Of a DNA stretch of 64,000 nucleotides, positions 32,806-43,099 are shown piece after piece; position 1 is the first letter of the stretch; every line of letters begins with the position of its first letter. Where the stretch lies: NCBI GenBank assembly GCA_963695875.1, contig CAVOID010000003.1, forward strand, positions 398,892-462,891, in the 5' to 3' direction. Position numbers and translations under genes: made by a program. The notes beneath the pieces are model-generated. The model saw only the letters and a program-made list of their open reading frames with translations. It was not told the DNA's origin and made no database searches. This DNA comes from an uncultured delta proteobacterium (GTDB lineage Bacteria; Desulfobacterota; Syntrophia; Syntrophales; UBA2185).

Positions 32806-33153
32806 TCAGGCATCTGGATTTTTGATTAAATGACTTTCCAACTCACTGCAAATATCTTGATATTTCAGTAACGATGCATCTTTTTTTGCAATGATCACGA
32901 TGTCTTGTGGAGTTGAAAGCCTTGATCTGTTTAATCTAAAATACTCTCTAATGAGACGTTTGATTCTGTTTCTTTGAACAGCGTTCCCCACCTTTTTACT
33001 GACCGTTATTCCCAGTCTGCTGATCCCCGTTTGATTCTTGCATGCGATAATGGTGAAATGTTCAGAATAACTTCGCACCCCCTGCTGATAGACGGTCAAA
33101 TAATCTCTTCTTTTACGAATTCTTACATGCTTGCCAAAGGATTGTTTTTCCAT
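32806..33153 (-). CDS. rnpA: Ribonuclease P protein component
   Basis: RLGITVSKKVGNAVQRNRIKR..RE. Confidence 0.95.
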   Translation of the reverse strand: MEKQSFGKHVRIRKRRDYLTVYQQGVRSYSEHFTIIACKNQTGISRLGITVSKKVGNAVQRNRIKRLIREYFRLNRSRLSTPQDIVIIAKKDASLLKYQDICSELESHLIKNPDA

Positions 33154-33169
33154 GGACCGCTTTTTCAGG

Positions 33170-33307
33170 TTAAACGGCCAACCTCTTTCTGCCCTTAGCA
33201 CGTCTGCGACTCAGGACCAGTCTACCCCCCCTGGTGGACATTCTCACAAGAAATCCGTGGGTTCGTTTCCTCTTCGTGTTGCTGAAATTTGTCAGGTTCT
33301 TTTTCAT
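33170..33307 (-). CDS. rpmH: 50S ribosomal protein L34 (absent from the ORF track)
   Basis: Manual translation [45 protein letters not shown]; atypical N-terminus may reflect compensating indels. Confidence 0.93.
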   Translation of the reverse strand: MKKNLTNFSNTKRKRTHGFLVRMSTRGGRLVLSRRRAKGRKRLAV

Positions 33308-33666
33308 TAACTGTACCCCGTGAAAATAATAAGGTATTCCATTAACCATAACCGAATTTGTTTGTCAAGATTAAATTGGCAAAGTTGACGTGGCAAGGTA
33401 AGTATTGATATGGTTCTGATAAAGAGACTTATTTCAAGCTGAAATAAATAAAAGCCGCGGCTCATGAGGGTTTTGCCTAGGATGTTGCTTTAGAGCCTTG
33501 CAGGATCGAATCCCGCAACATCACTGTTCTGAAAGTTACGGGCAGCCTTCCACAAGAAGAAGAGGGGCGAGGATTTCTATTAATAACGGGCATTGCATAA
33601 AGTCCGACGTGGGAAACGAGCAAGGATGAGCCCCGGGAGAGTTCATGCAAGAGAAATTAACGGGTA

Positions 33667-34050
33667 TGTGAATAAAGCTGTTGATAACTATGTTGATGAT
33701 TATTGAAAACCTTCAATTATTGGTGATTTTAAGCTCTTTGCATAAATTCTAGGCAGGAAAATTAATCAATTATTCCAGTAATATGTAAAATTCGTGACTG
33801 ACACTAGTGTCTTGATATGGATTTTTTGAAAGTTATAAACTCCTATGCGAAAGATGTACCATTTATTATTTCCGTTACAAGTATATTTTCTGAAAATAAG
33901 AAAATTTTGTAAATGCAATTTGACAGTTATTTTTTGCAAACCCTGACAGGTCAAACTAAAAATAGGCTTCTTACTGTAACAAAGCATGCAGCAATTTTTG
34001 GAGGGCAGACTTCCATTCAAAACGCTAATCCTTATTGACTGTTATCCACA
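33667..34050. other. Putative oriC / DnaA-box region
   Basis: TGTGAATAA 33667, TGTTGATAA 33679, TGTTGATGA 33691 (12-bp period), perfect TTATCCACA 34042; AT-rich spacer; upstream of rpmH. Confidence 0.6.
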
Positions 34051-34270
34051 AATTTTCGATTTCGATTAACATGCAGGACTCTTAATGGTAATAATTAGAG
34101 GTAGCGCCTGGAATACATCTAGCATCACAGGTGTACCTGCATTGAGAAATAAAAAAATCGCAGAATTCTAACTTAGAATGTGGTACATGTTCCAGGGTGA
34201 GGTCCGTAAGCGCAACCGGACTGGGTCCTGCGATCGTCAGACATATTATAAACGCAAACGGAGGGCGTAT

Positions 34271-34825
34271 ATGGATAAAAAACAAAGCAGGCGATGGGAT
34301 CGTCTTTACTTTTTCTTTGCCTGCATCATAATAACACCAATTCCAATATGTGGGTGCGGTCACTTTTATGAGGGATTTCTGGCCAGGCCGGCCTTCACAG
34401 AAGCGAATGATTTTTTGAGTCAGGGCAACTACAAGGCCTCTCTGAGCAAATATGAGCAGATTATTGTACGATACCCCACGGCGGGCGACAGGGTTCTTTT
34501 CGAGATGGGTGTTATTTATGCGTATCCCAGGAATCAGCAGAAAGATTATCAGAAATCTCTGGAATGTTTCCAGAAACTGATAAAGGATTACCCGAGGAGC
34601 GAGTACAGGCAGGACAGCGAAGTGATGATATCTCTTATCAAAGAGGTCACCAGGAAGATATCTCTTACCAATGAGGTCACCAGCAAGGATAGGAGGATTA
34701 TTACACAGCAAAAACAGATTGAGTCGCTCGAACGGCAGGTGGGGGAACTCGAAAAGAAAATAGAACAGATGAAAGAAGTTGATATGAATTTGAAAGAAAA
34801 GAAGAAATCAGTTCCTGAGAGATAA
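34271..34825 (+). CDS. TPR-containing lipoprotein with coiled-coil C-terminus, QseG/YfhG-like
   Basis: Lipobox-like ICGC, LFEMGVIYAYP.N..KDYQKS..CF..L.KDYP.S.Y, EQMKEVD. Confidence 0.65.
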   Translation: MDKKQSRRWDRLYFFFACIIITPIPICGCGHFYEGFLARPAFTEANDFLSQGNYKASLSKYEQIIVRYPTAGDRVLFEMGVIYAYPRNQQKDYQKSLECFQKLIKDYPRSEYRQDSEVMISLIKEVTRKISLTNEVTSKDRRIITQQKQIESLERQVGELEKKIEQMKEVDMNLKEKKKSVPER

Positions 34826-35337
34826 TGAGGTCAGTGATGGAAAAGCTTTTAATCGTCGATGACGATTTGAGTATTTTAAGAGTGCTTAAGATGAGATTAG
34901 AATCCGAGGGCTATCAGGTTGAAGCTGCTTCGGAAATTGAAGCAGCAAAGGATCTGGCCGTAAGAAATGAGTATGGGCTCGCTATTTTTGATCTGAAGCT
35001 TCCCGGTGGAAATGGTATAGATCTGATGAAGAGTATCCATGAAACGGATCCTGATCTTCCTGTTATTATCCTGACGGCATACGGGACCATTGAAAGTGAG
35101 GTCGAAGCAATGAAAGAGGGCGCTTATATATATTTGAAGAAGCCCTTTAATTATCGTGAGCTTCTTTTTCAGATCAGGAATGGCATTGAGAAGGCAAACC
35201 TTAAAGGGAGGTCAAGAAACTAAAGAGTATTTCAAGGCAAAATATTACTCAGGATATCATTGGGCGGAGTAAAGTGATGAAGAGGGTCCTTGATTTGACG
35301 CTCCTTGCAGCGGAGACAGTGGAACACGGAAAGTGAG
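34825..35337 (+). pseudogene. Truncated sigma54-type (NtrC/GlrR-like) response regulator; receiver domain largely intact
   Basis: LIVDDD, DLKLP, LTAYG, KPF; after a frameshift IIGRSKVMKRVL..AAET, then a garbled Walker A remnant and stop. Confidence 0.7.
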
Positions 35338-35574
35338 CGTGATAATGTTCAGGTGCGAAGAATTGAAGTTCATTTTGCGTGGTAATCATCACTGTTTGCA
35401 TCGATGTGCGATACAGAGTGATAGGTGAAAACAATTAAAAAAAGCTCCGTATCTATCGTATACCTAATAAGACGGAAAAAGGGTTAACGCCCCGTTGATC
35501 TTAAGTTCTGTCTATCTAATTCTATAGGTCTATAGGCGTCATTTAAAATAACCTGTGCCTCCAAGAGGGATAGA

Positions 35575-36913
35575 ATGGTCCAAAAAACAAAGATTAGACG
35601 CAGAATCATTTCTTCAATATCTAATCGTGGTCTTCTGGCCATCCTCGTCTCGGTTTTATTCGTCGCACTCATATCGATTATAATCGCCTATCATTTCAAG
35701 GCTCCTGACAATTTAATTATGACCACCGGATTTGAAAGTGGGTCTTATGCAATTTTTGGTGAGCGCTACCGGCAGATCCTGGCGCGTGAGAATATTCATC
35801 TTAAGTTGCTTCCCTCCTCAGGTTCTGTAGAAAATCTCAAGCGTCTTAACGATAAATCCTACCAGGTCGATGCCGGTTTTGTCCAAGATGGAACGAGTTC
35901 GCCCTCAGAGGCGAATAATCTCGTTTCCCTCGGAGCCATAGGCTACTGCACCTCTTTGGGTTTTTTATCGAAGCCAAGAGACGTTTAACTACCTATCCGA
36001 ACTCAAAGGGAAGAGAATTGCGATCGGACCGGAGGGGAGCGGCGTGCGCAAATTTGCCATCGATTTGCTTAAACTAAATAATAGTGCAGCTCCACCAACC
36101 GTGCTGCTCGACCTTTCCAGTGCTGCTGCCAATAAAGCTTTATTGGAAGGGACGGTAGATGCGGTAATGATAATCGGTGCAGAGGATAATGCCCTCGTTA
36201 AGGAACTTTTGTATGCCCCCAAGGTGAAGTTGCTGAGTTTCAGGCAAGCTGAGGCTTATACCCGGCTTATCCCTGCTTTATCGCATGTTGTGTTACCCCA
36301 AGGCATACTGGATGTTTCAAAGAAAATGCCCTCCCAAGATGTTCATCTTTTGGCAGTGACAACAAGTCTCATTGTACGTAAAGACCTGCACCCTGCTTTA
36401 GTATATTTGCTTCTGGACGCTGCCGTTGAGATTCACAGCAACGCAGGCTGGGTGAATAAGAAGGGGGAATTCCCCTCGCCAAAGGAGCTGAGCTTCCCTT
36501 CCTCCAATTATGCGGAGAGATTTTATAAATCGGGACGGCCTTTTTTGCTTGACTATCTTCCATTTGGAATAGCTGCGTTTGTTGACCGCACGATTTTAAT
36601 TATGGTCCCGGTAGCCATAATCCTGATCCCTTTAATCCGAAGCATACCCTGGCTGTACTCTTGGCGGCACCGTCGGAAATTCTATCACTGGTACAGAGAA
36701 CTTAAGAATCTGGAATTAGAAGTGATGGAAAGTCCCGAACCAGAAAATATATCGGGTTATCATGAAAAGATTGACCGGATCGAGGCATCGATCAATAGAA
36801 TCCCCGTGCCTTTGGCTTTTTTTGACGAGGTCTATAAGCTTCAAGAGCATGTTGATTTGGTTCGGGGGAAACTTATTAGATTAAGCAATCAGTCTAAGGA
36901 GGTCAATCCGTAG
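35575..36913 (+). CDS. TAXI family TRAP solute-binding protein with C-terminal TM extension; one frameshift near 35950
   Basis: TG..SGSY, SSGSVENL, FVQDG, IAIGPEGSG, LHPALVYLL, YLPF, L.PL...P.LY.W. Confidence 0.82.
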
Positions 36914-36948
36914 AATTAATTGTGTGAGGTAAAGGGGAACGTTCATGC

Positions 36949-37038
36949 AAGGTCTTCCCTGCTTGCGAATGGCTCGCTGCCATGTGTTCACATATACCGG
37001 ACAGGGGTGAGCAGATGATGTGCAACCATGGATTCTGG
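36949..37038 (+). mobile_element. IS91-family (Y2) transposase remnant
   Basis: Manual translation KVFPACEWLAAMCSHIPDRGEQMMCNHGFW resembles the EWLAAMCSHIP..GEQMVRYYG.Y segment of IS91-like transposases. Confidence 0.65.
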
Positions 37039-37176
37039 AATACTATCAGAGCATACAGTTCAAATGGTAATCCTGACATCATCTGAAAATTGATAGTTGT
37101 GTAGTTGTAAGTGAAGTTGAGAGTCCAAAAGGTAATAATTTGATACTGTCCGTTATATTAAGTTCTGGCCTGGAAC

Positions 37177-37270
37177 ACATCCCGCAAGCCCCGCCTTGTA
37201 GGTGGGGATAATGGGTGCAATATAAGCATATCTTTCTTTCCGGGACCACGCCTTGCGGGCGGGTTGCTTC
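37177..37270. repeat. Dispersed ~90-bp two-hairpin element, copy 2 (inverted)
   Basis: gcaagccccgcctt.taggtggggataa...aagcatatctt...gcgggcgg.t.gcttc matches the reverse complement of 20161-20249. Confidence 0.8.
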
Positions 37271-37486
37271 ACTTTGGTGCTTAATGCCATTTCCAAAGGC
37301 TAGATCACAGCATCTCCCTCTCCATCCTATCCTTTTCTCTGTTTCACAAATTCAACGATGCGTTTACGATGGTATGATAGATAGCGATGGTGATAAGCAC
37401 TTACGTATGATCGAAAATTGCTTTCACTTATGGAATTGGAGATAGATCTGATATGGTGAATCTGCGAAAGTAAGATGTATTGAGCC

Positions 37487-38014
37487 ATGAAGAAAAACAT
37501 CCTGATTACCGGCGTTCCGGGAATAGGCAAGACAACCCTTACAATGAAGATTCTGGATGCGGTGAAACACACTGGTCCGGTTGGTTTTTATACAGAAGAG
37601 ATCAGGGAACAAGGCATCAGGACGGGATTTTCTTTGATCGGCACACGCGGCGATCGAAGTATATTAGCCCATGTAAATATTAAGAACAGATTCAACGTCG
37701 GCAGATACGGTGTTGACGTGGCGGGGTTTGAAGCCTTTATTGAAGAGCTTCCTTTCTTTGACGACAATGCCGGCACGATAGTGATTGATGAGATCGGAAA
37801 GATGGAATGTATGTCGACAAAATTCAGGAATCTCATAAGAACTATATTGGAGTCAGAGAAATTGCTTATAGCAACAGTAGCCCTCAAAGGTGAAGGGCTG
37901 ATCGCAGAGGTTAAAAAGCGATCGGATATTGAACTGTTTGAAATAACCAGGGGCAACAGAAACGATTTGCTCCAGAGAATTCTGAATCATGCATTATCAA
38001 AACCCTCCCGGTAA
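37487..38014 (+). CDS. NTPase, NTPase_1/THEP1 family
   Basis: ITGVPGIGKTT, GFYTEEIR..G.R.GF, VGRYGVD, IDEIGKME. Confidence 0.9.
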   Translation: MKKNILITGVPGIGKTTLTMKILDAVKHTGPVGFYTEEIREQGIRTGFSLIGTRGDRSILAHVNIKNRFNVGRYGVDVAGFEAFIEELPFFDDNAGTIVIDEIGKMECMSTKFRNLIRTILESEKLLIATVALKGEGLIAEVKKRSDIELFEITRGNRNDLLQRILNHALSKPSR

Positions 38015-38213
38015 TCATCGGTTGATAAGTGAATAACCATCGGGGTAAAATGGATTGTGCAGGTGACTGATACTTTCCCTTCTCGTTGTCAAGCATTTTC
38101 AAACAAAGGTGAGGTGTGGAAGATTTGTCTATTGCAGGAATATAAGTAATAGCCGTATTATTTATTTGCAGCACAAACTTATTTAAGCTTTAATATCAAG
38201 CCGAAGGCTTTAT

Positions 38214-40217
38214 ATGAACAAGTTCCAAATCGTTACTGAATTTGAACCGAAGGGTGACCAGACAAAGGCCATCGCGGAGCTTGTCGAAGGCGTTGAAAAA
38301 GGGGCGCCCCACCAGGTTCTTCTGGGGGTGACGGGTTCGGGAAAGACCTTTACCATCGCCAACGTCATTCATGCCGTGCAGAGGCCCGCTCTGGTTATTG
38401 CGCACAATAAGACCCTGGCGGCGCAGCTCTATGGTGAATTCAAGATGCTGTTTCCGGAGAATGCCGTCGAGTACTTTGTCAGTTACTATGACTACTATCA
38501 GCCTGAGGCCTATATTCCCAGTACTGATACATATATTGAGAAGGATTCCTCGATCAACGAGGAAATCGATAAGCTGCGCCATTCCGCGACCCATTCCCTG
38601 TTGGAGCGGAACGACGTCATCATTGTGGCAAGTGTGTCCTGCATTTATGGCCTCGGTTCTCCTGAGGCCTATTACGGTATGCTGCTCCGCCTGGAAGAGG
38701 GTATGGAGATTCCAAGGGATGAGATGCTGGGTCGGCTGGTGGAGATTCAGTATGAGCGTAATGACATTGATTTTCATCGGGGTACATTTCGAGTCCGGGG
38801 TGATGTCGTGGAAATCTTTCCGCCGTACGAAGAGGAAAAGGCAATCCGGGTGGAATTTTTCGGAGATACTATCGAGTCCATCTCCATGGTGGATCCCCTC
38901 CGGGGAAAAAAACTGAGTGCCGTCCAAAAAATGGCCGTCTATCCCGGCAGTCACTATGTGACGACGAGAGACAATTTGAAGCGTGCCATATCGGCGATCA
39001 GGGAAGAGCTTGGAGAGAGGCTCCGGGAGCTGCATAGGGAGAAAAAGCTGCTTGAGGCGCAGAGACTGGAGCAGAGAACAAACTTCGATATGGAAATGAT
39101 GGAAGAGATGGGCTACTGCCAGGGAATCGAAAATTATTCACGGCACCTCACAGGCAGGAAGTCGGGGGAACCCCCTCCTACCCTGATGGAATACCTCCCG
39201 GATAGTGCACTGGTCATCATTGATGAAAGCCACGCCACCATTCCTCAATTGGTCGGTATGTACCGAGGTGATAGATCACGAAAGGAGACACTGGTAAACC
39301 ATGGCTTCCGCCTACCATCCGCCTTGGATAACCGGCCCTTGATGTTTGCAGAATACGAAGGCTTCGGGAAACAGAGGATATACGTATCGGCTACGCCGGC
39401 GGTATATGAGCTGAAGAAAGCCCGGGGACGAGTTGCGGAGCAGATCATACGACCCACTGGCCTGATGGACCCAGAGATCATTGTGAAGCCTGTAAGCCAT
39501 CAGGTTGACGATCTCCTCGCAGAGATCCGTGACAGGGAAAAAAAAGGCGAGCGGGTTCTGATAACTACCCTGACCAAGAGGATGGCGGAGAATCTGAGTG
39601 CCTACTACCAGAATCTCGGTGTCAGGGTGAAGTATCTTCATTCCGATATCCATACCCTGGAGCGGGTCAGCATTATTCGGGACCTGCGTTTAGGGGAATT
39701 TGATGTCTTGGTCGGAGTTAACCTTTTGCGGGAGGGCCTCGATATTCCTGAGGTGTCTCTGGTTGCTATTTTAGACGCCGACAAAGAAGGTTTTCTGCGC
39801 TCTGAGAGATCACTGATTCAGACCAGCGGGAGGGCTGCCAGAAATGTTTCGGGGCAGGTGATCATGTATGCCGATAAGATAACCGACTCAATCAAGAGCT
39901 GTCTTAGTGAGACAAAAAGGCGAAGGGAAATCCAGAGGCGCTATAATGAAGAACACCATATCACCCCCGAGTCCATTAAAAAATCCATCCATGATATCCT
40001 TGCATCTGTCTATGAAGCCGATTATGTTACAGTGCCTGTTGTTTCAGAAGACAGGAAAATTTATGTTCCGGAAAATGAACTGCCGGTCATGATCAAGAGA
40101 TTGAAAGAGGAAATGAAGGAGGCAGCGAAAAATCTCGAGTTTGAGAAGGCGGCGGAGCTCCGGGATCAGATCAAGGAATATACCGGCATTTTGCTGGAAA
40201 TGGGAGGCGAGGTTTGA
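38214..40217 (+). CDS. uvrB: Excinuclease ABC subunit B
   Basis: [49 protein letters not shown]. Confidence 0.98.
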   Translation: MNKFQIVTEFEPKGDQTKAIAELVEGVEKGAPHQVLLGVTGSGKTFTIANVIHAVQRPALVIAHNKTLAAQLYGEFKMLFPENAVEYFVSYYDYYQPEAYIPSTDTYIEKDSSINEEIDKLRHSATHSLLERNDVIIVASVSCIYGLGSPEAYYGMLLRLEEGMEIPRDEMLGRLVEIQYERNDIDFHRGTFRVRGDVVEIFPPYEEEKAIRVEFFGDTIESISMVDPLRGKKLSAVQKMAVYPGSHYVTTRDNLKRAISAIREELGERLRELHREKKLLEAQRLEQRTNFDMEMMEEMGYCQGIENYSRHLTGRKSGEPPPTLMEYLPDSALVIIDESHATIPQLVGMYRGDRSRKETLVNHGFRLPSALDNRPLMFAEYEGFGKQRIYVSATPAVYELKKARGRVAEQIIRPTGLMDPEIIVKPVSHQVDDLLAEIRDREKKGERVLITTLTKRMAENLSAYYQNLGVRVKYLHSDIHTLERVSIIRDLRLGEFDVLVGVNLLREGLDIPEVSLVAILDADKEGFLRSERSLIQTSGRAARNVSGQVIMYADKITDSIKSCLSETKRRREIQRRYNEEHHITPESIKKSIHDILASVYEADYVTVPVVSEDRKIYVPENELPVMIKRLKEEMKEAAKNLEFEKAAELRDQIKEYTGILLEMGGEV

Positions 40218-40534
40218 GAAAGCGTTTTCCAATTGCAGCAATATTTATAAGCGTCTTATTACTGGTTTTTGCTAAACTCGTACTTGCTGAAAATCTGACA
40301 GATCAAGTGAGCGGGAATATTCGGGCGAGAATAAATGCGGCGGAAGTATCCTCTCAGTCTGCATGTGTGGATGCAGTATTATGGAGGTCTGAGCTGCTGC
40401 CAAAATTTTATGCCGAGCGGGAATTTCGGCCCGCCTGGAGCGATGATTACGCTCCGATTCCCTATGTGGAGGATTTCTTCGAAGTGATCAGTGAAGACTG
40501 CTTCGTGAGGGGCAGAAGGGAGACTGCTTCATAA
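40214..40534 (+). pseudogene. N-terminal fragment of an exported L,D-transpeptidase (YcbB-like scaffold domain)
   Basis: Signal peptide and L.KFY.ER.FRPAW motif; ORF ends inside a repeat element. Confidence 0.55.
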
Positions 40535-40644
40535 TGTCATTACGAGTGAAACGGACGAAGCAACCTCAGAAGGCTGTGAATACAAAGATTGCCACGTTCT
40601 CTCCGGTCGCTCGCAATGACACATTGATATTGTGACACAGTCTC
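40520..40644. repeat. REP/MITE-like palindromic element
   Basis: Terminal IR GAGACTGCTTCATAAT / ATTGTGACACAGTCTC (13 of 16 match); inner IR TGTCATTACGAGTGA / TCGCTCGCAATGACA. Confidence 0.75.
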
Positions 40645-40696
40645 TCTGCGGGAAAGACATTTCAAAATCAATTGTAAGAGCAATAGCTGCATTCTA

Positions 40697-42514
40697 ATGA
40701 GCAACGAATTAACAGACAAGGTAAAAAATGCGCCCGCATCACCTGGCGTCTATCTCATGAAAGACAGGGATGGAAAAGTCATCTATGTCGGAAAGGCCAA
40801 CAATCTGAGAAACCGCGTCAAGGCCTATTTCAGCAGGACAGACTCACGATTCATGATTCCTTTTCTTGTTTCCAAAGTTCATGATCTGGACTTCATCGTT
40901 ACGAAAACGGAGAAGGAGGCCTTGATACTGGAGAACAACCTGATCAAGGAACACCGGCCCCGGTACAACGTTATTTTCAGGGATGATAAAACCTACTTCA
41001 ACATACGAATCAATTTAGATGATCCATTCCCGCGGTTCCAACTGGTCAGGCGTCCGAAAAAAGATGGATCCCAGTATTTTGGTCCGTATCCGTCGAGCGC
41101 TGCTGCAAAGGAAACACTCCGCTTTCTTCAGTCAATATTCCCTCTTCGTACATGCAGAGATCAGGAACTGAAAGGGAGAAAGAGGCATTGTCTTGAGTAT
41201 GAAATCGGAAGATGCCTCGCACCCTGTGTCGGCCGGATTGATGAGCCGGCGTACCAGCGGCTGGTGCATGATAGCGTGGCATTCATGGAAGGGCGCGAGA
41301 AGAAACTGATTGCAGATCTTCACGCACGGATGAATGCCGCATCAGATCAGTTGTACTTTGAAGAAGCAATCGCCTTGAGGGACAGAATTGCAGCTATTAA
41401 AGAGACGCTGGAGAAACAGAGGGTAGTATCCATGTCCTTCAAGGATCAGGATGTATTCGGTATTTATCGGGAGGGAAACCTGACTCAGATATGTATGCTG
41501 TATGTAAGAAAAGGCAAGATTATCGGGAAAAAGGTTTTCCCCCTTTTTAAGATAGGGAGCGTATCTTTTGAAATCCTGTCGTCTCTTATGAAACAATACT
41601 ATGACGACGAGGCTTATATTCCTGACGAGATAGTTATTCCTGAAAATGTCGAAGACCAGGCAGTTATGGAGGAATGGCTCTCGGAGAAGAAAGGGGAAAG
41701 GGTTTCGATAATCGTGCCCAAAAGAGGCGGGGGAATGGAGCTTCTCCACATTGCAGGAAGCAACGCTGAAAGCATGTTCGAGGTGGAAAAACATGCAACT
41801 GATACGGGGGAAACACTCAGCACACTTGCCGTAACGCTCAAATTAAAAAATATACCGGGCCAGATAGAGTGCTTTGATATTTCGAATATCGGCGGAAAAT
41901 GTGCAGTCGGCTCCATGGTGACCTTTGCCGATGGGAGACCATGGAAGGCAGGATACAGGCGCTTTAGAATCAGGACTGTTGAGGAGGCTGATGATTATGC
42001 CATGATGTATGAAGTCCTCAACCGCCGTTATATGAGAAAAGATAACCTCCCGGATCTGATCGTCGTGGACGGGGGAAAGGGACAGTTGGGGGTAGCGGCC
42101 GCTGTTCTGAAAGATCTGAATATAGAAGGAGTCGATATCATCGGTCTGGCGAAGAAGGGCAGGGGAAGGAAGACCAACAAGGGCGGGGATCGTGTTTATC
42201 TTATCGGAAAGAAGAATCCCGTTTACATTTCAAGATGGCCTGACGTCCTTTTTATGCTCCAGAGGGTGAGGGATGAAGCGCACAGGTTTGCTATTACATA
42301 CCATCGTAAATTGAAGAGCGAACGGGATTTCCAGTCTGTACTGGATACCATACCCGGCATTGGTGAATCGAAGAAAAAGGCATTGCTTAAATCCTTCGGC
42401 GATACCAGAAGGATCAGGGAAGCCTCGGTGGATGCACTGCAAAAGGCTGACGGCATCGGCAGAAAGATGGCTGAAAAAATCCATGCCTTTCTAATGGAAC
42501 AGGCGGGAGAATAA
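40697..42514 (+). CDS. uvrC: Excinuclease ABC subunit C
   Basis: PGVYLM..IYVGKA.NLR.RV..YF, IECFDISN, DGGKGQL, RDEAHRFA, HhH domain. Confidence 0.97.
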   Translation: MSNELTDKVKNAPASPGVYLMKDRDGKVIYVGKANNLRNRVKAYFSRTDSRFMIPFLVSKVHDLDFIVTKTEKEALILENNLIKEHRPRYNVIFRDDKTYFNIRINLDDPFPRFQLVRRPKKDGSQYFGPYPSSAAAKETLRFLQSIFPLRTCRDQELKGRKRHCLEYEIGRCLAPCVGRIDEPAYQRLVHDSVAFMEGREKKLIADLHARMNAASDQLYFEEAIALRDRIAAIKETLEKQRVVSMSFKDQDVFGIYREGNLTQICMLYVRKGKIIGKKVFPLFKIGSVSFEILSSLMKQYYDDEAYIPDEIVIPENVEDQAVMEEWLSEKKGERVSIIVPKRGGGMELLHIAGSNAESMFEVEKHATDTGETLSTLAVTLKLKNIPGQIECFDISNIGGKCAVGSMVTFADGRPWKAGYRRFRIRTVEEADDYAMMYEVLNRRYMRKDNLPDLIVVDGGKGQLGVAAAVLKDLNIEGVDIIGLAKKGRGRKTNKGGDRVYLIGKKNPVYISRWPDVLFMLQRVRDEAHRFAITYHRKLKSERDFQSVLDTIPGIGESKKKALLKSFGDTRRIREASVDALQKADGIGRKMAEKIHAFLMEQAGE

Positions 42515-42519
42515 AAAGA

Positions 42520-43077
42520 ATGAGTTTTCCGTCTATTTTGGTCATCGCTATCGGCCTGGGTATGGACGCCTTTTCGGTGGCCATCGGTGTGGGAGCCGCT
42601 GCACGAATAATATCATTTGGGCCGGTGTTTAGGCTTTCTTTTTTCTTTGGACTGTTCCAGGTTCTTATGCCCATGGCAGGGTGGTTTGCCGGGGTGTCGG
42701 TAGCAGATATCATTGCGGGGTATGATCACTGGATGGCTTTCGGACTGCTTGCCTTTGTGGGCGGGAAAATGATTGCGGAGTCATTTAATGACGAAGCAAA
42801 GGTTTACTCAACTGACCCAACGAAAGGGTTGACCCTCATTATATTGTCGGTTGCTACGAGTATTGATGCCCTGGCTGTTGGTCTCAGCTTTGCCTTCTTG
42901 AAGATACCTATTATCTATCCCAGTATTATCATCGGTATTGTCGCTTTTCTTATGACGGCTATCGGGATGTTCTTCGGTGAAAAGCTGGGGAAAATAGTCG
43001 GCAAGAGGGTGGGAATATTGGCTGGTCTTATCCTGATCGGTATAGGTGTGAAAATTCTGATCGAACATATGGTATAA
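42520..43077 (+). CDS. mntP: Manganese efflux pump MntP family
   Basis: GMDAFSVA, FGLFQ, ATSIDALAVG. Confidence 0.9.
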   Translation: MSFPSILVIAIGLGMDAFSVAIGVGAAARIISFGPVFRLSFFFGLFQVLMPMAGWFAGVSVADIIAGYDHWMAFGLLAFVGGKMIAESFNDEAKVYSTDPTKGLTLIILSVATSIDALAVGLSFAFLKIPIIYPSIIIGIVAFLMTAIGMFFGEKLGKIVGKRVGILAGLILIGIGVKILIEHMV

Positions 43078-43099
43078 AGGGAAGGAGGCTTTGAGAAAC

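Noticed and set aside
33495..33520. tRNA T-arm-like gcgggattcgatcctgc on the minus strand
   Set aside because: No acceptor, D or anticodon arms can be built around it
34082..34170. Short ORF after the DnaA box considered as a dnaA N-terminal remnant
   Set aside because: The translation shows no convincing similarity to DnaA domain I
38196..39035. 279-aa antisense ORF overlapping uvrB
   Set aside because: Typical antisense shadow of a conserved gene
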